Shown one piece after another: positions 10,893-19,745 of a stretch of DNA of 64,000 bases. Below the pieces are notes generated by a model. That model was not told the origin of the DNA. It did no database searches and saw only the letters and a program-made list of their open reading frames with translations. The DNA is from Gemmatimonadota bacterium (GTDB taxonomy: Bacteria > Gemmatimonadota > Gemmatimonadetes > Gemmatimonadales > Gemmatimonadaceae), in the NCBI GenBank assembly GCA_040389905.1, contig JAZJZK010000011.1:9042-73041 (forward strand), given 5' to 3'. Positions within the stretch are counted from its first letter, which is position 1. Every line of letters begins with the position of its first letter. The position numbers and the translations under genes are program-made.

Positions 10893-11800
10893 GCGTGTGT
10901 GCTCATGTATTGGTCCATGGCCTGCCGAAATGCGCGAATGTGATCGGGTGTGCTTCCGCAGCACCCCCCGATGATGTTTGCCCCGGCCTCGAGGAGCGGG
11001 ATCACCCCCCGCACCATCTGCTCGGGTGTTTCGTCGTATACGACCTTGAGGTTCTCGAGTCGCGGCAGGCCGGCATTCGGCTGCGCCATCACGGGAAGAT
11101 CCGTCGCGCCCTTGTAGCGCTGTACCGCCTCGCGCGCCCACACCATGTCCATGCCTGTTCCGCAGTTGAGCGCCACGATGTTGGCGCCCGCGTCCTGCAT
11201 GAACTCGGCGGCGCGTTCCGGATCGACCCCCATCATGGTGCGAAAGGTCGAGCCGTCGAGCGTGACATCGTACGCCAGCGAGCCGATGATGCACTTGGCA
11301 CCCGCGGCTTTTGCCGCGCCGATCGCCAGCCCAAGTTCCTCGAGGCCCGTCTGCGTCTCGACGATGATCGCGTCGGCGCCGGCGTCGACGAGCGCCGACG
11401 TCTGTTCCTCGAACGCTTCACGAACCTGGTCCTCCGTGAAGTCGCCATACGGTTCCATCAGTCCACCGAACGGTCCGACGTCGCCCAGGACGTAGCCCTC
11501 ACGCCCGCCAAACGCGTCCCGCGCAATGCGCACGGCCGCTGCATTGATCTCCCGGACATCGCCGGCGTATCCATGCCGGTTGAGCATGATGCGCGAACCG
11601 CCGAACGTGTTGGTGATGATGCAGTCGGCACCCGCATCCGCATAGCGCTTCTGAATGGCCAGCACGCGCTCGGGATGTGTGAGGTTCCATGCCTCACCGC
11701 ACGCACCCTGCTCGAGACCGGCGAACATGAGTTGCGTGCCCATGGCGCCATCACAGAGGAGCGGGCGTTCCGCGAGTACGTCGAGGAGCAATCGGGTCAT
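10889..11800 (-). CDS. Homocysteine S-methyltransferase domain protein (stand-alone MetH Hcy-binding module)
   Basis: DGAMGTQL, TNTFG, LNCG, PNAGLP and GGCCG zinc motifs. Confidence 0.92.
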   Translation of the reverse strand: MTRLLLDVLAERPLLCDGAMGTQLMFAGLEQGACGEAWNLTHPERVLAIQKRYADAGADCIITNTFGGSRIMLNRHGYAGDVREINAAAVRIARDAFGGREGYVLGDVGPFGGLMEPYGDFTEDQVREAFEEQTSALVDAGADAIIVETQTGLEELGLAIGAAKAAGAKCIIGSLAYDVTLDGSTFRTMMGVDPERAAEFMQDAGANIVALNCGTGMDMVWAREAVQRYKGATDLPVMAQPNAGLPRLENLKVVYDETPEQMVRGVIPLLEAGANIIGGCCGSTPDHIRAFRQAMDQYMSTHA

Positions 11801-12342
11801 GCCGTTTCGTCAATCCGTGTAGTCGCGGCCGCGCGCTGAACTTTTTCCTGCTGCGCGAGCGCATAGTGAATCGTTTCGAGGACGAGCCCCCACTTGTGGT
11901 CTCGGCTCTCACCCTCACAATAGCAACCAGCGCCGATATCCGGTCGTTCCCATGACAGGACATCGTCAAGCGGGTGACGAAGGAGGGGATGCTCGTGCTC
12001 GATGGCGGCCATGAGTTGAACGGGCGCCGCGCGGAAGCGGCACATGAAGCGGTGGCCCTCGTCATTCGGCGCAGGTGCGCAGCGCTCTTCGAGGATGCGG
12101 TACCCGTCAGCGCGCGGTCCGACGACAACTTCGTAATGGAATTCGAGTGCGCGGCCGGTGTTGCTGCACGTCGTGCCGTCGTAACGGAAGCGCGCGATCG
12201 TCGACCCGTCGGACTGCGGCATCAGCGTGAGTCGCTCGCTCGACCAGCGGCGAAGTGCCTTCCCGTTGACCGAGTAGCTCGCGTCGAGGCGCAACGGCTC
12301 GTCGACGCGCTCGGCGCTCGACATTTCGGCAGCGTGCGTCAT
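11797..12342 (-). CDS. Cys-containing hypothetical protein
   Basis: ATGA-coupled on both sides; GTTCSNTG, FMCRF, GAGCYC, HKWGLVLETIHY. Confidence 0.7.
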   Translation of the reverse strand: MTHAAEMSSAERVDEPLRLDASYSVNGKALRRWSSERLTLMPQSDGSTIARFRYDGTTCSNTGRALEFHYEVVVGPRADGYRILEERCAPAPNDEGHRFMCRFRAAPVQLMAAIEHEHPLLRHPLDDVLSWERPDIGAGCYCEGESRDHKWGLVLETIHYALAQQEKVQRAAATTRIDETA

Positions 12343-13079
12343 GACGCCACTCGGGTGCGCACGCCGGAGCGACCGTAAGCGCTCCGCCGATATTGACAGC
12401 GCGGCAGCGAGCAGCGCTCGCACGGAATGAGGTCCGTGAGTTTCGACACGCGCTCAGTTTCTCGCGTGACCCCGAATACCGCCAGCAAAGATTTCTTTGG
12501 GCGGAGCATGCCCGATTCGAGTACGCTGAGCGCGCCTGGCAACTCGCCGTCTCGACTGAAGAGCTCGAGCAATCGACCCTGCTCGGCAATGTCCCAGCCG
12601 GGATAGCCGGGGCTGTAGTGCGGGAGCACCGCGAGTCCGCGCGCGTCCGCATCCGCACAGAGCCGAGCACCGGCGAGCGTCACGAGATACTCGACGACGG
12701 CGGCGCCGTACACTTCGAGGAAGAAGTACTCGTCGGGCTTGTCGTCCATCCAGCGACGGTTCGCTTCTGCCTCGAGCTCCGGTCCCGCACTCACCGCGAC
12801 GAGAATCGCGCGGTCCGCCATGGCGTCCGACAGTGTGGCGCGGAGCCGGCCACTTCGGAAGAAGGTGCCATCGACGGCCACTGCGCCATCACTCATGCGC
12901 AAGTCGCCCGTCTCGCGGGCGTAGATCCATGGGCGGCCGTGCGCCGCGTACCATACCCGCGACTCGTCGATCAGCTCGACGGCGCGATCATCGAGCTCGT
13001 GGTCGCGTGGATAGCCGAGCAGCCGATGATACTCGGCCGCCTGGACATCGATCTCCGGGGCAAAATCGACGAACGGCAT
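12339..13079 (-). CDS. B12-dependent methionine synthase activation-domain-like protein
   Basis: YSPGYPGWD and SGMLRPKKSLLAVFG motifs; C-terminal CERC...CQYRR. Confidence 0.78.
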   Translation of the reverse strand: MPFVDFAPEIDVQAAEYHRLLGYPRDHELDDRAVELIDESRVWYAAHGRPWIYARETGDLRMSDGAVAVDGTFFRSGRLRATLSDAMADRAILVAVSAGPELEAEANRRWMDDKPDEYFFLEVYGAAVVEYLVTLAGARLCADADARGLAVLPHYSPGYPGWDIAEQGRLLELFSRDGELPGALSVLESGMLRPKKSLLAVFGVTRETERVSKLTDLIPCERCSLPRCQYRRSAYGRSGVRTRVAS

Positions 13080-14731
13080 CAACCCTCCGCGCCCAGCGGC
13101 TGCGGGGATTCGATGCGCTTGAACTGGCATCCATCCACGAAGTAGTCGAAGAACTGCGGATGCGTCTCGAGGCGGCAATGCTCGACTCGGCGCACGGCGT
13201 CTTCCAACTCGCGACGTTTCGCCATCGAGAGCAGTGCGATGCATGCACCTTCGATGGCGGCGTTTCCGGCTTGCACGATCTTCACGTCAGGCAAATCCGG
13301 AATCAGGCCGATTCGTTTCGCCGCGTCGAGCTTGAGATGACGGCCAAATCCGCCAGCGAGATAGAAAACGTCGACGTCATCGAACGCGATGCCGTACTGG
13401 TTGAAGATCACCTGGAGGCCAGCGACGTTCGCGCCCTTTGCCTGCGCGAGTTCGTTGACGTCACTCTCGTTGAAGGTGATGTCGTGGGCGGCGTCAATGT
13501 CGAAGCTCGACACACCGTCGTCGAAACGACCCATATCATTCATGCGGCCCGTGCGGAGCAACTCGCTCATGATGTCGACGAGCCCCGATCCGCAGATGCC
13601 TTCAGGCGTTGTCTCGCCAATGACGCCGATCTCGAACGATCCGTCGTCGGTAACGCGCACGTCTTCAATTGCGCCATCGAGACCAGGCATCCCGCAGACA
13701 ATTGCTCCGCCCTCGAACGCCGGGCCGGCGGGGCAGGAGGCCGCGAGGATGCGATGCTTGTTGCCGAGTATCAGCTCGGTATTCGTGCCGATATCCATGA
13801 CCGCGACGAGACGATCTTCGTTGGCGACGTCGACGGCGAGCATGCATGCGGCGGCGTCTGCGCCCACGTGACCGCTCACGATCGGTGCACCGTAGACCCG
13901 AGCTTCCGGATGAATGGGCAAGAGCGCGCGGCGTCCCGTCTGCACGAGACTGGTCGTCGTCCGCTTTCCTTCGGCCATCTCGATTTCCGTGATCGACTGA
14001 TAGGGATTCTGCCCGATCGAATACACGCTTTGGCGAAAGAAGATGTCGCGCATGGTCGAGTTGCCGACGACCACCATTTCGTAGATCGTCCGAGGATCCA
14101 CCGGCAGCGCATCGATGGCGTGCGTCAGATAGCCTGCCAGCGTCCGCATCAGCAGGTTGCCGCGATGCTCGGTGTCGTAATGAATGCGCGACATGACGTC
14201 CGACCCGCCGAAGCGCTGCGGATTCTCGAACGAGGAATCGGCAATCAGCTCGCCGCTTTCGAGGTCGAACAGTCGCAGAACCACGGTGGTCGTACCAAGG
14301 TCCATCGCCAACCCGTGAATCGGCCCAGTGGAGCGCTCGATCTCGCGACCATCGAGCAGGATGCGGTCGCCATCACGTGTGATTGCCGGCTCGAGCCGGA
14401 ACGATTCATCTCGCACGGGCAGGCCGTAGGCCTGCCGCTCGATGCGCATCTGTCCGCGCCGCATCGTGTGACACTTCACCTCGCCGTCGTCGCCGACGGG
14501 CCGTGCCTGACAGGAGAGCCGGAATGCGCCGGACAAATGTGATTCGGGCGGAGTGCGCGCGGACAGCGCGTCCATCCCTTGCGTCACCTCGACCATGCAT
14601 TCCTTGCACTTCCCATTCATCACACACGACGTCGGCACCTGTATGCCCAACTGCTCGGCATACTCGAAAAGCGACAGACCATGATCTGTCGCTTCCGTGG
14701 TGGCGCCGTTGATCGTGAGCGTCAGCGCCAT
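13079..14731 (-). CDS. ASKHA-domain corrinoid reductive activator (RACo/DUF4445) with N-terminal 2Fe-2S domain
   Basis: CVMNGKCKEC...RLSCQ ferredoxin; DLGTTT, DIGTNTE, CPAGPAFEG, GICGSG, LAGGFG. Confidence 0.9.
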   Translation of the reverse strand: MALTLTINGATTEATDHGLSLFEYAEQLGIQVPTSCVMNGKCKECMVEVTQGMDALSARTPPESHLSGAFRLSCQARPVGDDGEVKCHTMRRGQMRIERQAYGLPVRDESFRLEPAITRDGDRILLDGREIERSTGPIHGLAMDLGTTTVVLRLFDLESGELIADSSFENPQRFGGSDVMSRIHYDTEHRGNLLMRTLAGYLTHAIDALPVDPRTIYEMVVVGNSTMRDIFFRQSVYSIGQNPYQSITEIEMAEGKRTTTSLVQTGRRALLPIHPEARVYGAPIVSGHVGADAAACMLAVDVANEDRLVAVMDIGTNTELILGNKHRILAASCPAGPAFEGGAIVCGMPGLDGAIEDVRVTDDGSFEIGVIGETTPEGICGSGLVDIMSELLRTGRMNDMGRFDDGVSSFDIDAAHDITFNESDVNELAQAKGANVAGLQVIFNQYGIAFDDVDVFYLAGGFGRHLKLDAAKRIGLIPDLPDVKIVQAGNAAIEGACIALLSMAKRRELEDAVRRVEHCRLETHPQFFDYFVDGCQFKRIESPQPLGAEG

Positions 14732-14732
14732 C

Positions 14733-15719
14733 CTACCAGCTCTTGGCCTCGAACTCCGACTTGAGAGCGGCAGCGACTGCGGTCGCCGAGCCCTCGCGAT
14801 CTTCTTCTTCGCTCCACTTGAACTGCTCGGTGTACGCATCGGCTCCCGTGAAGCCTCGCTCCTGTGCGGCCGCATCGATGCGCGCAGCGAACGCCGACGG
14901 CAGTTCGATACTGATCACATTGCCCGCGTCGTCCTCGACGCGGATCTGCGAGGGTAGCTCCTGCCAGTAGAGCACCTTGTACGTGGACTTCGTGCCTTCG
15001 ACGACCGGTTCGTTCGACGCCGCTTCTGCAGCCGTGGCGGCGGCTGACGCAGCTAGCGCGTCCTCCGCGTCGTGCGCCGCGCCAGCGAGCTTGAGGAAGA
15101 GATCCACGGCCGACGATGCATTCTGCCCATACCCATCGGCACCGATTTCGTCCGCGAACATCTGGCTGATCGGCGCGCCGCCAATGGCCATCTTGATGTG
15201 TCCGCGCCCCGCGGCCTCGAAGCCGTCGATGACCGTCTTCATGTAAGTCATGGTCGTCGTCAGCAGCGCGCTCATGCCGATGATCGTCGGGTTCACGCGA
15301 TCTGCCGCGGCCATGAACTTTTCTACGCTCTGGTCGACGCCGATGTCATGCACCTCGAAGCCGGCACCTTCGGCCATCATGCACACGAGGTTCTTGCCGA
15401 TGTCGTGCAGATCGCCGCGAACGGTGCCCATCAGCAGCGTGCCGACTTGCCGCGTCGTATTGTCCTTCGCGCTGAGCAGCGGCTTGAGCACCGCCATGCC
15501 CGCCTTCATCGCGCGTGCGGCGATGAGGACTTCCGGCACGTAGAGCACGTTGTGCTTGAAGTCCTCGCCGACGACGCTCATGCCGGCAATCAGCCCTTCA
15601 TTCATGACTTCCTGGAAGTGCCGGCCCTCGGCCAGTGCGTCCTTCGTCATCTGCTCGACTTCCTTCGCCTTTCCCTCGTAGAGGTACTGGTTCATCAACG
15701 CGTAATCAGGCATGGCCAT
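14733..15719 (-). CDS. Corrinoid (B12-binding) protein with a C-terminal 'virulence factor'-type small domain
   Basis: Cap domain, GDLHDIGKNLV, SALLTTT, GGAP; Ala-rich linker; C-terminal VLYWQELPSQIRV...FAARIDAAA. Confidence 0.88.
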   Translation of the reverse strand: MAMPDYALMNQYLYEGKAKEVEQMTKDALAEGRHFQEVMNEGLIAGMSVVGEDFKHNVLYVPEVLIAARAMKAGMAVLKPLLSAKDNTTRQVGTLLMGTVRGDLHDIGKNLVCMMAEGAGFEVHDIGVDQSVEKFMAAADRVNPTIIGMSALLTTTMTYMKTVIDGFEAAGRGHIKMAIGGAPISQMFADEIGADGYGQNASSAVDLFLKLAGAAHDAEDALAASAAATAAEAASNEPVVEGTKSTYKVLYWQELPSQIRVEDDAGNVISIELPSAFAARIDAAAQERGFTGADAYTEQFKWSEEEDREGSATAVAAALKSEFEAKSW

Positions 15720-15720
15720 T

Positions 15721-16782
15721 CTAGCTCCGTCGCTTGGCGTTGAACTCGTCGAGCGCCTGACGCATGGCAATGATGTTTTCTCTGGGCATTCCCGGGCTGG
15801 TTCCGCCGCCGACGGACAAAATCATGCCGCTGCCGTCTGGATTCGTCCCCGCGGCCAGGATCTCCAGCGTCGCTTCGCGCACTTCCTCGGGGGTGCCACG
15901 CACGCCGATCTCGAGCGGATTCACGTTCCCCAGCAAGCACATGCGCTTGCCAACCCGCTCCTTGACCTCGCTGATGTCGGTCTGCTTGCCCCAGTTGAGG
16001 ACGTTGAAACCCGCATCCGGCAGATGGTCGAGGCACGCCTGCACTTCCGCGTCATTGTGGTAGAGCTTGACCCAGTCTTTCGGGAATGCGTCGCAGATGC
16101 GCTTCAGGTAGGGGTGCGCGAACTCGAGGTAGTGCTCCTCGTTCACGAAGCCGACGATGTCATCAAGGATGAAGATCCCCTCGACCTGGTCGCCGATCAC
16201 CTTGTGCTGCGCCTTGAGCCAGTCGATGATGACGTTCGTGCAGAGATCGATCAACCGGTGCGTCTCTTCCGGCTTCTCGACGATCTCGATCATCAGGTGC
16301 GTCGTGCTCCGAACGAAGCCGGCGGTGCAGAGAGGTCCGCGCGCGGTGACGAACGGGATGACCTCGCCGAGCGCCTTGATGCGCGGAAGGGCCATCTTGT
16401 AGCGGTGGAGCGTCATGGCCGCGAACGCGTCTGCCTCGACCTCGTATTCGGGGAATTCGTCGATGTCCTCGAGCCGATAAAGCGTGTGATACTCACTCGG
16501 CGTGTTGTCTTCCCAGAACTTGATCTTGGCGCCCAGGATCGACGGTTCGGCGGCCATTCCGTACTCCATCCACCAGGATGGAACCATGATGATGTCCTTG
16601 AACTCCTCATTGATCTGCTTGTTCGATTCGAACCAGAGATCGGGGTTCAGATAGTAGTCCATGTGCTTGATGCCCAGATACCCTGGGATCCACGGACTGT
16701 CGACGATGAGCGCCATCGGCACTTCGTCTTGCGGCTCGAGCCGAGCGGCACGCTTGAAAGTTTCCCACTGCTCCGGACGCAT
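15721..16782 (-). CDS. Uroporphyrinogen decarboxylase-fold (MtaA/CmuA-like) methyltransferase
   Basis: GPLCTAGFVR, LYHND, LLGNVNP, GTPEEV, ILSVGGG; corrinoid-gene context. Confidence 0.82.
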   Translation of the reverse strand: MRPEQWETFKRAARLEPQDEVPMALIVDSPWIPGYLGIKHMDYYLNPDLWFESNKQINEEFKDIIMVPSWWMEYGMAAEPSILGAKIKFWEDNTPSEYHTLYRLEDIDEFPEYEVEADAFAAMTLHRYKMALPRIKALGEVIPFVTARGPLCTAGFVRSTTHLMIEIVEKPEETHRLIDLCTNVIIDWLKAQHKVIGDQVEGIFILDDIVGFVNEEHYLEFAHPYLKRICDAFPKDWVKLYHNDAEVQACLDHLPDAGFNVLNWGKQTDISEVKERVGKRMCLLGNVNPLEIGVRGTPEEVREATLEILAAGTNPDGSGMILSVGGGTSPGMPRENIIAMRQALDEFNAKRRS

Positions 16783-16895
16783 GGCGATCCTCAGGAATGG
16801 ACGGCTGGCGCGCGAATCCGCGCCTGGTTGGCGAATCTAAGGCGGTGTGGTAGCTGACGTTACCACGATAGCTGGCTTTCGCACTTTTGGCGAAC

Positions 16896-16965
16896 AAAAA
16901 AGAGGTTGCCCTCAACGAGGCAGGCTTCCGCTCCGTTCTACCGGAAGGTATGATGACCAGAGGAC
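16896..16965 (-). promoter_or_regulatory. Candidate structured leader/attenuator of the methyltransferase operon
   Basis: Alternative CUUCCG pairings (CGGAG/CGGAAG), then a UGCCUC-GUU-GAGGGCA hairpin and a U6 tract just after a predicted promoter. Confidence 0.35.
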
Positions 16966-16971
16966 TTTGAA

Positions 16972-17000
16972 AGAATGAGAGTTTGGAGAGTCCTTGTCAA
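16972..17000 (-). promoter_or_regulatory. Putative sigma70 promoter
   Basis: TTGACA-17 nt-CATTCT on the minus strand. Confidence 0.5.
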
Positions 17001-17023
17001 GCGTGATCGCAGCCGAGGGGTGA

Positions 17024-18628
17024 ATGGATACTCTGCGTGAAAAGCTGGAGGGTTCGAGCCGCTTCCTGATAGGAAGCGAACTTGTGTCCGTGCGCGGCGG
17101 CATGGCCGAGCGAAGTGCGGTGAAGGCGCGTGACTTTGCGAACCAGATGGTGGCGTGCAAGGAAATCGACTGGATCTCGATCACGGATAACGCCGGTGGC
17201 AATCCGCAGCTCGCCCCGATGGCGCTCGGGAAGCCCATCCTGTACGCGGGCAAGGAGGTCGTCATCCACCTCACGTGCAAGGACTTGAACCGAAACGGCC
17301 TCGAGAGCGAGGCGTGGCTCCTCCATAGCGAGGGCTTCAACAACGTCCTCGCCATGACCGGCGACTATCCCAACACGCGCGGCGGCGGCACGGCGAAGCC
17401 GGTTTTCGACATCGACTCCGTGGCACTCGTCGCCAAACTGAACGAGATGAACCATGGTCTCGTTCCCAAGGACGCCAGTGGAGCCCCCTCCGGCACGCCG
17501 CTCGGCAAAACAAATTTTACGATCGGCGCTGTCACGACGAACTACAAGTTCCACGAAGGCGAGGTGATGCCGCAGTACCTCAAGCTCGAAAAGAAGGTGG
17601 CGAGCGGCGCGCGATTCATCATCAATCAGGTCGGCTACGACTCCCGAAAGGCGCACGAACTCCGCCTCTACATGGATTGCCATGCGATGGAGCGGGTTCC
17701 GCTCATTGGCAATGTGTATGTGCTCAATGCCCGCGTCGCGAAGATTTTCAGCGAATCTCGCGTACCGGGCATCGTCGTCTCCGAGCCGCTCCTGCGGCTG
17801 TGCGAGGAGCGCGGAAAGGGTCCCGACAAGGGACGCGAGTTCTTCCTCGAACTCGCCGCGAAGCAGATGGCCATCTTCCGCGGACTCGGTTACCGCGGTG
17901 TGTACCTCGGCGGTATTTACGGCTTCGCCGCCACGGAACGCATTCTCGAAATCGAACGGAGCTTCGCTCCCGACGATTGGCGCTATTTCGCGCGTGAGAT
18001 TTCCTTCTCGCGCTCGGGTGAGTTCTTCTACTACGCACACGACGCGGCCACCGGTCTCGCCGACCCCAGCCGTCGCGGCCCCGACACGCCACCGCGACGA
18101 CGCGGTCTGCATCCTATCTATCGCATTTCGAAGTGGACGCACAAAGCCATCTTCGCGTCGGACAGCCCGCTCGCCCCGTGGGGCGCCAGGTTGAGTGCCA
18201 ATGCGAAAGACCCGATGCAGGGGCCATCCGCGCTTCGGGTCGTCGAGCATCTGAGCAAATCGGCCATGTTTGGCTGCAAGGATTGCGGCGACTGCTCGCT
18301 CCCGGAAATCGCGTACCTCTGTCCCGAATCACAGTGCGCCAAGAACCAGCGGAACGGTCCCTGCGGCGGGACGCGTGACGGACGCTGTGAGGTTGACGGT
18401 TTCGGGGACTGCATCTGGTTGCGCGCGTACGAGCGCGAGAAGCCCGATGGCACGGCGGAGGGCCTGCTCGCGCACTCGCCCGTGGTCCAGAATCAGGCGC
18501 TTCGCGGGACCTCTTCCTGGGCAAACCATTGGCTGGGACGGGATCACACGGCGGCACGACTGACTGCCGTCACGCACGACGACGCGCGCACCGCGCGGCC
18601 GCAAACGACGAAGGGGACATCCGAATGA
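17024..18628 (+). CDS. metF: Methylenetetrahydrofolate reductase with fused C-terminal Cys-rich (MTHFR_C/MetV-like) domain
   Basis: ITDNAGG, HLTCKDLNR, MTGDYP, GARFIINQ; CKDCGDC...CP...KNQRNGPCGG...CEV...CIW. Confidence 0.85.
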   Translation: MDTLREKLEGSSRFLIGSELVSVRGGMAERSAVKARDFANQMVACKEIDWISITDNAGGNPQLAPMALGKPILYAGKEVVIHLTCKDLNRNGLESEAWLLHSEGFNNVLAMTGDYPNTRGGGTAKPVFDIDSVALVAKLNEMNHGLVPKDASGAPSGTPLGKTNFTIGAVTTNYKFHEGEVMPQYLKLEKKVASGARFIINQVGYDSRKAHELRLYMDCHAMERVPLIGNVYVLNARVAKIFSESRVPGIVVSEPLLRLCEERGKGPDKGREFFLELAAKQMAIFRGLGYRGVYLGGIYGFAATERILEIERSFAPDDWRYFAREISFSRSGEFFYYAHDAATGLADPSRRGPDTPPRRRGLHPIYRISKWTHKAIFASDSPLAPWGARLSANAKDPMQGPSALRVVEHLSKSAMFGCKDCGDCSLPEIAYLCPESQCAKNQRNGPCGGTRDGRCEVDGFGDCIWLRAYEREKPDGTAEGLLAHSPVVQNQALRGTSSWANHWLGRDHTAARLTAVTHDDARTARPQTTKGTSE

Positions 18629-19554
18629 CGCAGACCGTCAAGATCATCGGCGACCAGATCAACAACGCATATGGTCGCGCGCGCCGAGCGTGGGAGGCGC
18701 GCGATCCTGCCGGCTATCAGGAGCTTGCCCGCATGCAGGCTGACAAGGGCGCCGAAGCAATCGATCTCAATGTCGACGGCACTGCGCGGCTGTCGGTACG
18801 CGTCGAGGAGATGCTGGCGTTTCTGCCGATCGTCGTGCCGGCCATCCAGGACGCGACTGACGTCGCGATCTGCTTCGACAATCCGGGGCTGCAGTATCAT
18901 CAGGTCGGGCTCAAGGCACTCGACCGGAGCCGCTGCCGCACCAAGCCGATTCTCAATTCCCTGGCGGCGTCGCGTGAGCAGCTCGACGAAATGATCGAGC
19001 TGGTGAAGGAGTACGACATGCGCCCGATCGTCATGGCGTCGGAGCGCTTTCTTCCCGAGGGCGGCGGCGCGCAGTGCTTCGACCCGCAGGACTGCTACAA
19101 GACGGTCCTTCAGTTCGTGGACATGCTCGTGACGAAAGCCGATCGGACGGTCGATGACATCATCATCGATCCCGGACTGGCTCCCGTTGGCGCGGACACG
19201 TACGGCCTGGTCAATATCGGACTCGATGCGATGAAGCTCATCACGGCGGATCCGAACCTCAAGGGCATTCATTTCTCGGTTGGACTCACGAACTTCGCGT
19301 GGGGCACGCCGAAGGGCGTGCGCGACCTGTTGGAGCAGGCGTACCTGACCATTGCCAGCGAGATTGGACTGGACATGGCGCTTGCGAACATCGAGCGAGC
19401 GCCGCAGCCGTTGCCGGCGGACCACGAGATCGTGGCGAGCTTGCGCGAGGCGCTCGAGGGTGGTCGCGCGGGTGAGGGAGAAAGCCAGGAAGACGCGGGC
19501 TTCCGTCAGGCGACGATGATCATGGATATTTGTCGGCCGTATACCGAAGAATAG
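18625..19554 (+). CDS. Pterin-binding protein (methyltetrahydrofolate:corrinoid methyltransferase, AcsE/MetH folate-module-like)
   Basis: ATGA overlap; IIGDQIN, GAEAIDLNV, ILNS, IIDP, GLTNFAWG. Confidence 0.82.
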   Translation: MTQTVKIIGDQINNAYGRARRAWEARDPAGYQELARMQADKGAEAIDLNVDGTARLSVRVEEMLAFLPIVVPAIQDATDVAICFDNPGLQYHQVGLKALDRSRCRTKPILNSLAASREQLDEMIELVKEYDMRPIVMASERFLPEGGGAQCFDPQDCYKTVLQFVDMLVTKADRTVDDIIIDPGLAPVGADTYGLVNIGLDAMKLITADPNLKGIHFSVGLTNFAWGTPKGVRDLLEQAYLTIASEIGLDMALANIERAPQPLPADHEIVASLREALEGGRAGEGESQEDAGFRQATMIMDICRPYTEE

Positions 19555-19578
19555 ATGGCCAGTCCGGGCGCGTTCTTC

Positions 19579-19720
19579 ACCGCAGAGGACGCAGAGGAGC
19601 AGAGGAACGCAGAGGAAAAGCAACAGCGGGTGCAGACCACTCGCTGCGCTACGGGCGATAAACCAGGCATCGTCATCTGCACTTCCGCTCGTTTTGTCGC
19701 CCTGAGCGAAGCGAAGGGCC
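19579..19720. repeat. Two REP-like units (CGCAGAGG family; tgtcgccctgagcgaagcgaagggcc family)
   Basis: 19579-19615 matches the 1314 element arm; 19684-19720 matches 6211-6244. Confidence 0.7.
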
Positions 19721-19745
19721 CGCACCTTCTGTTGGCGCTGTTCGA

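Noticed and set aside
16900..16940. Cobalamin or SAM-I riboswitch
   Set aside because: Short words resemble them (GAAGCCTGCC, GGCAACC), but the conserved cores and required length are missing; kept only as an unclassified leader
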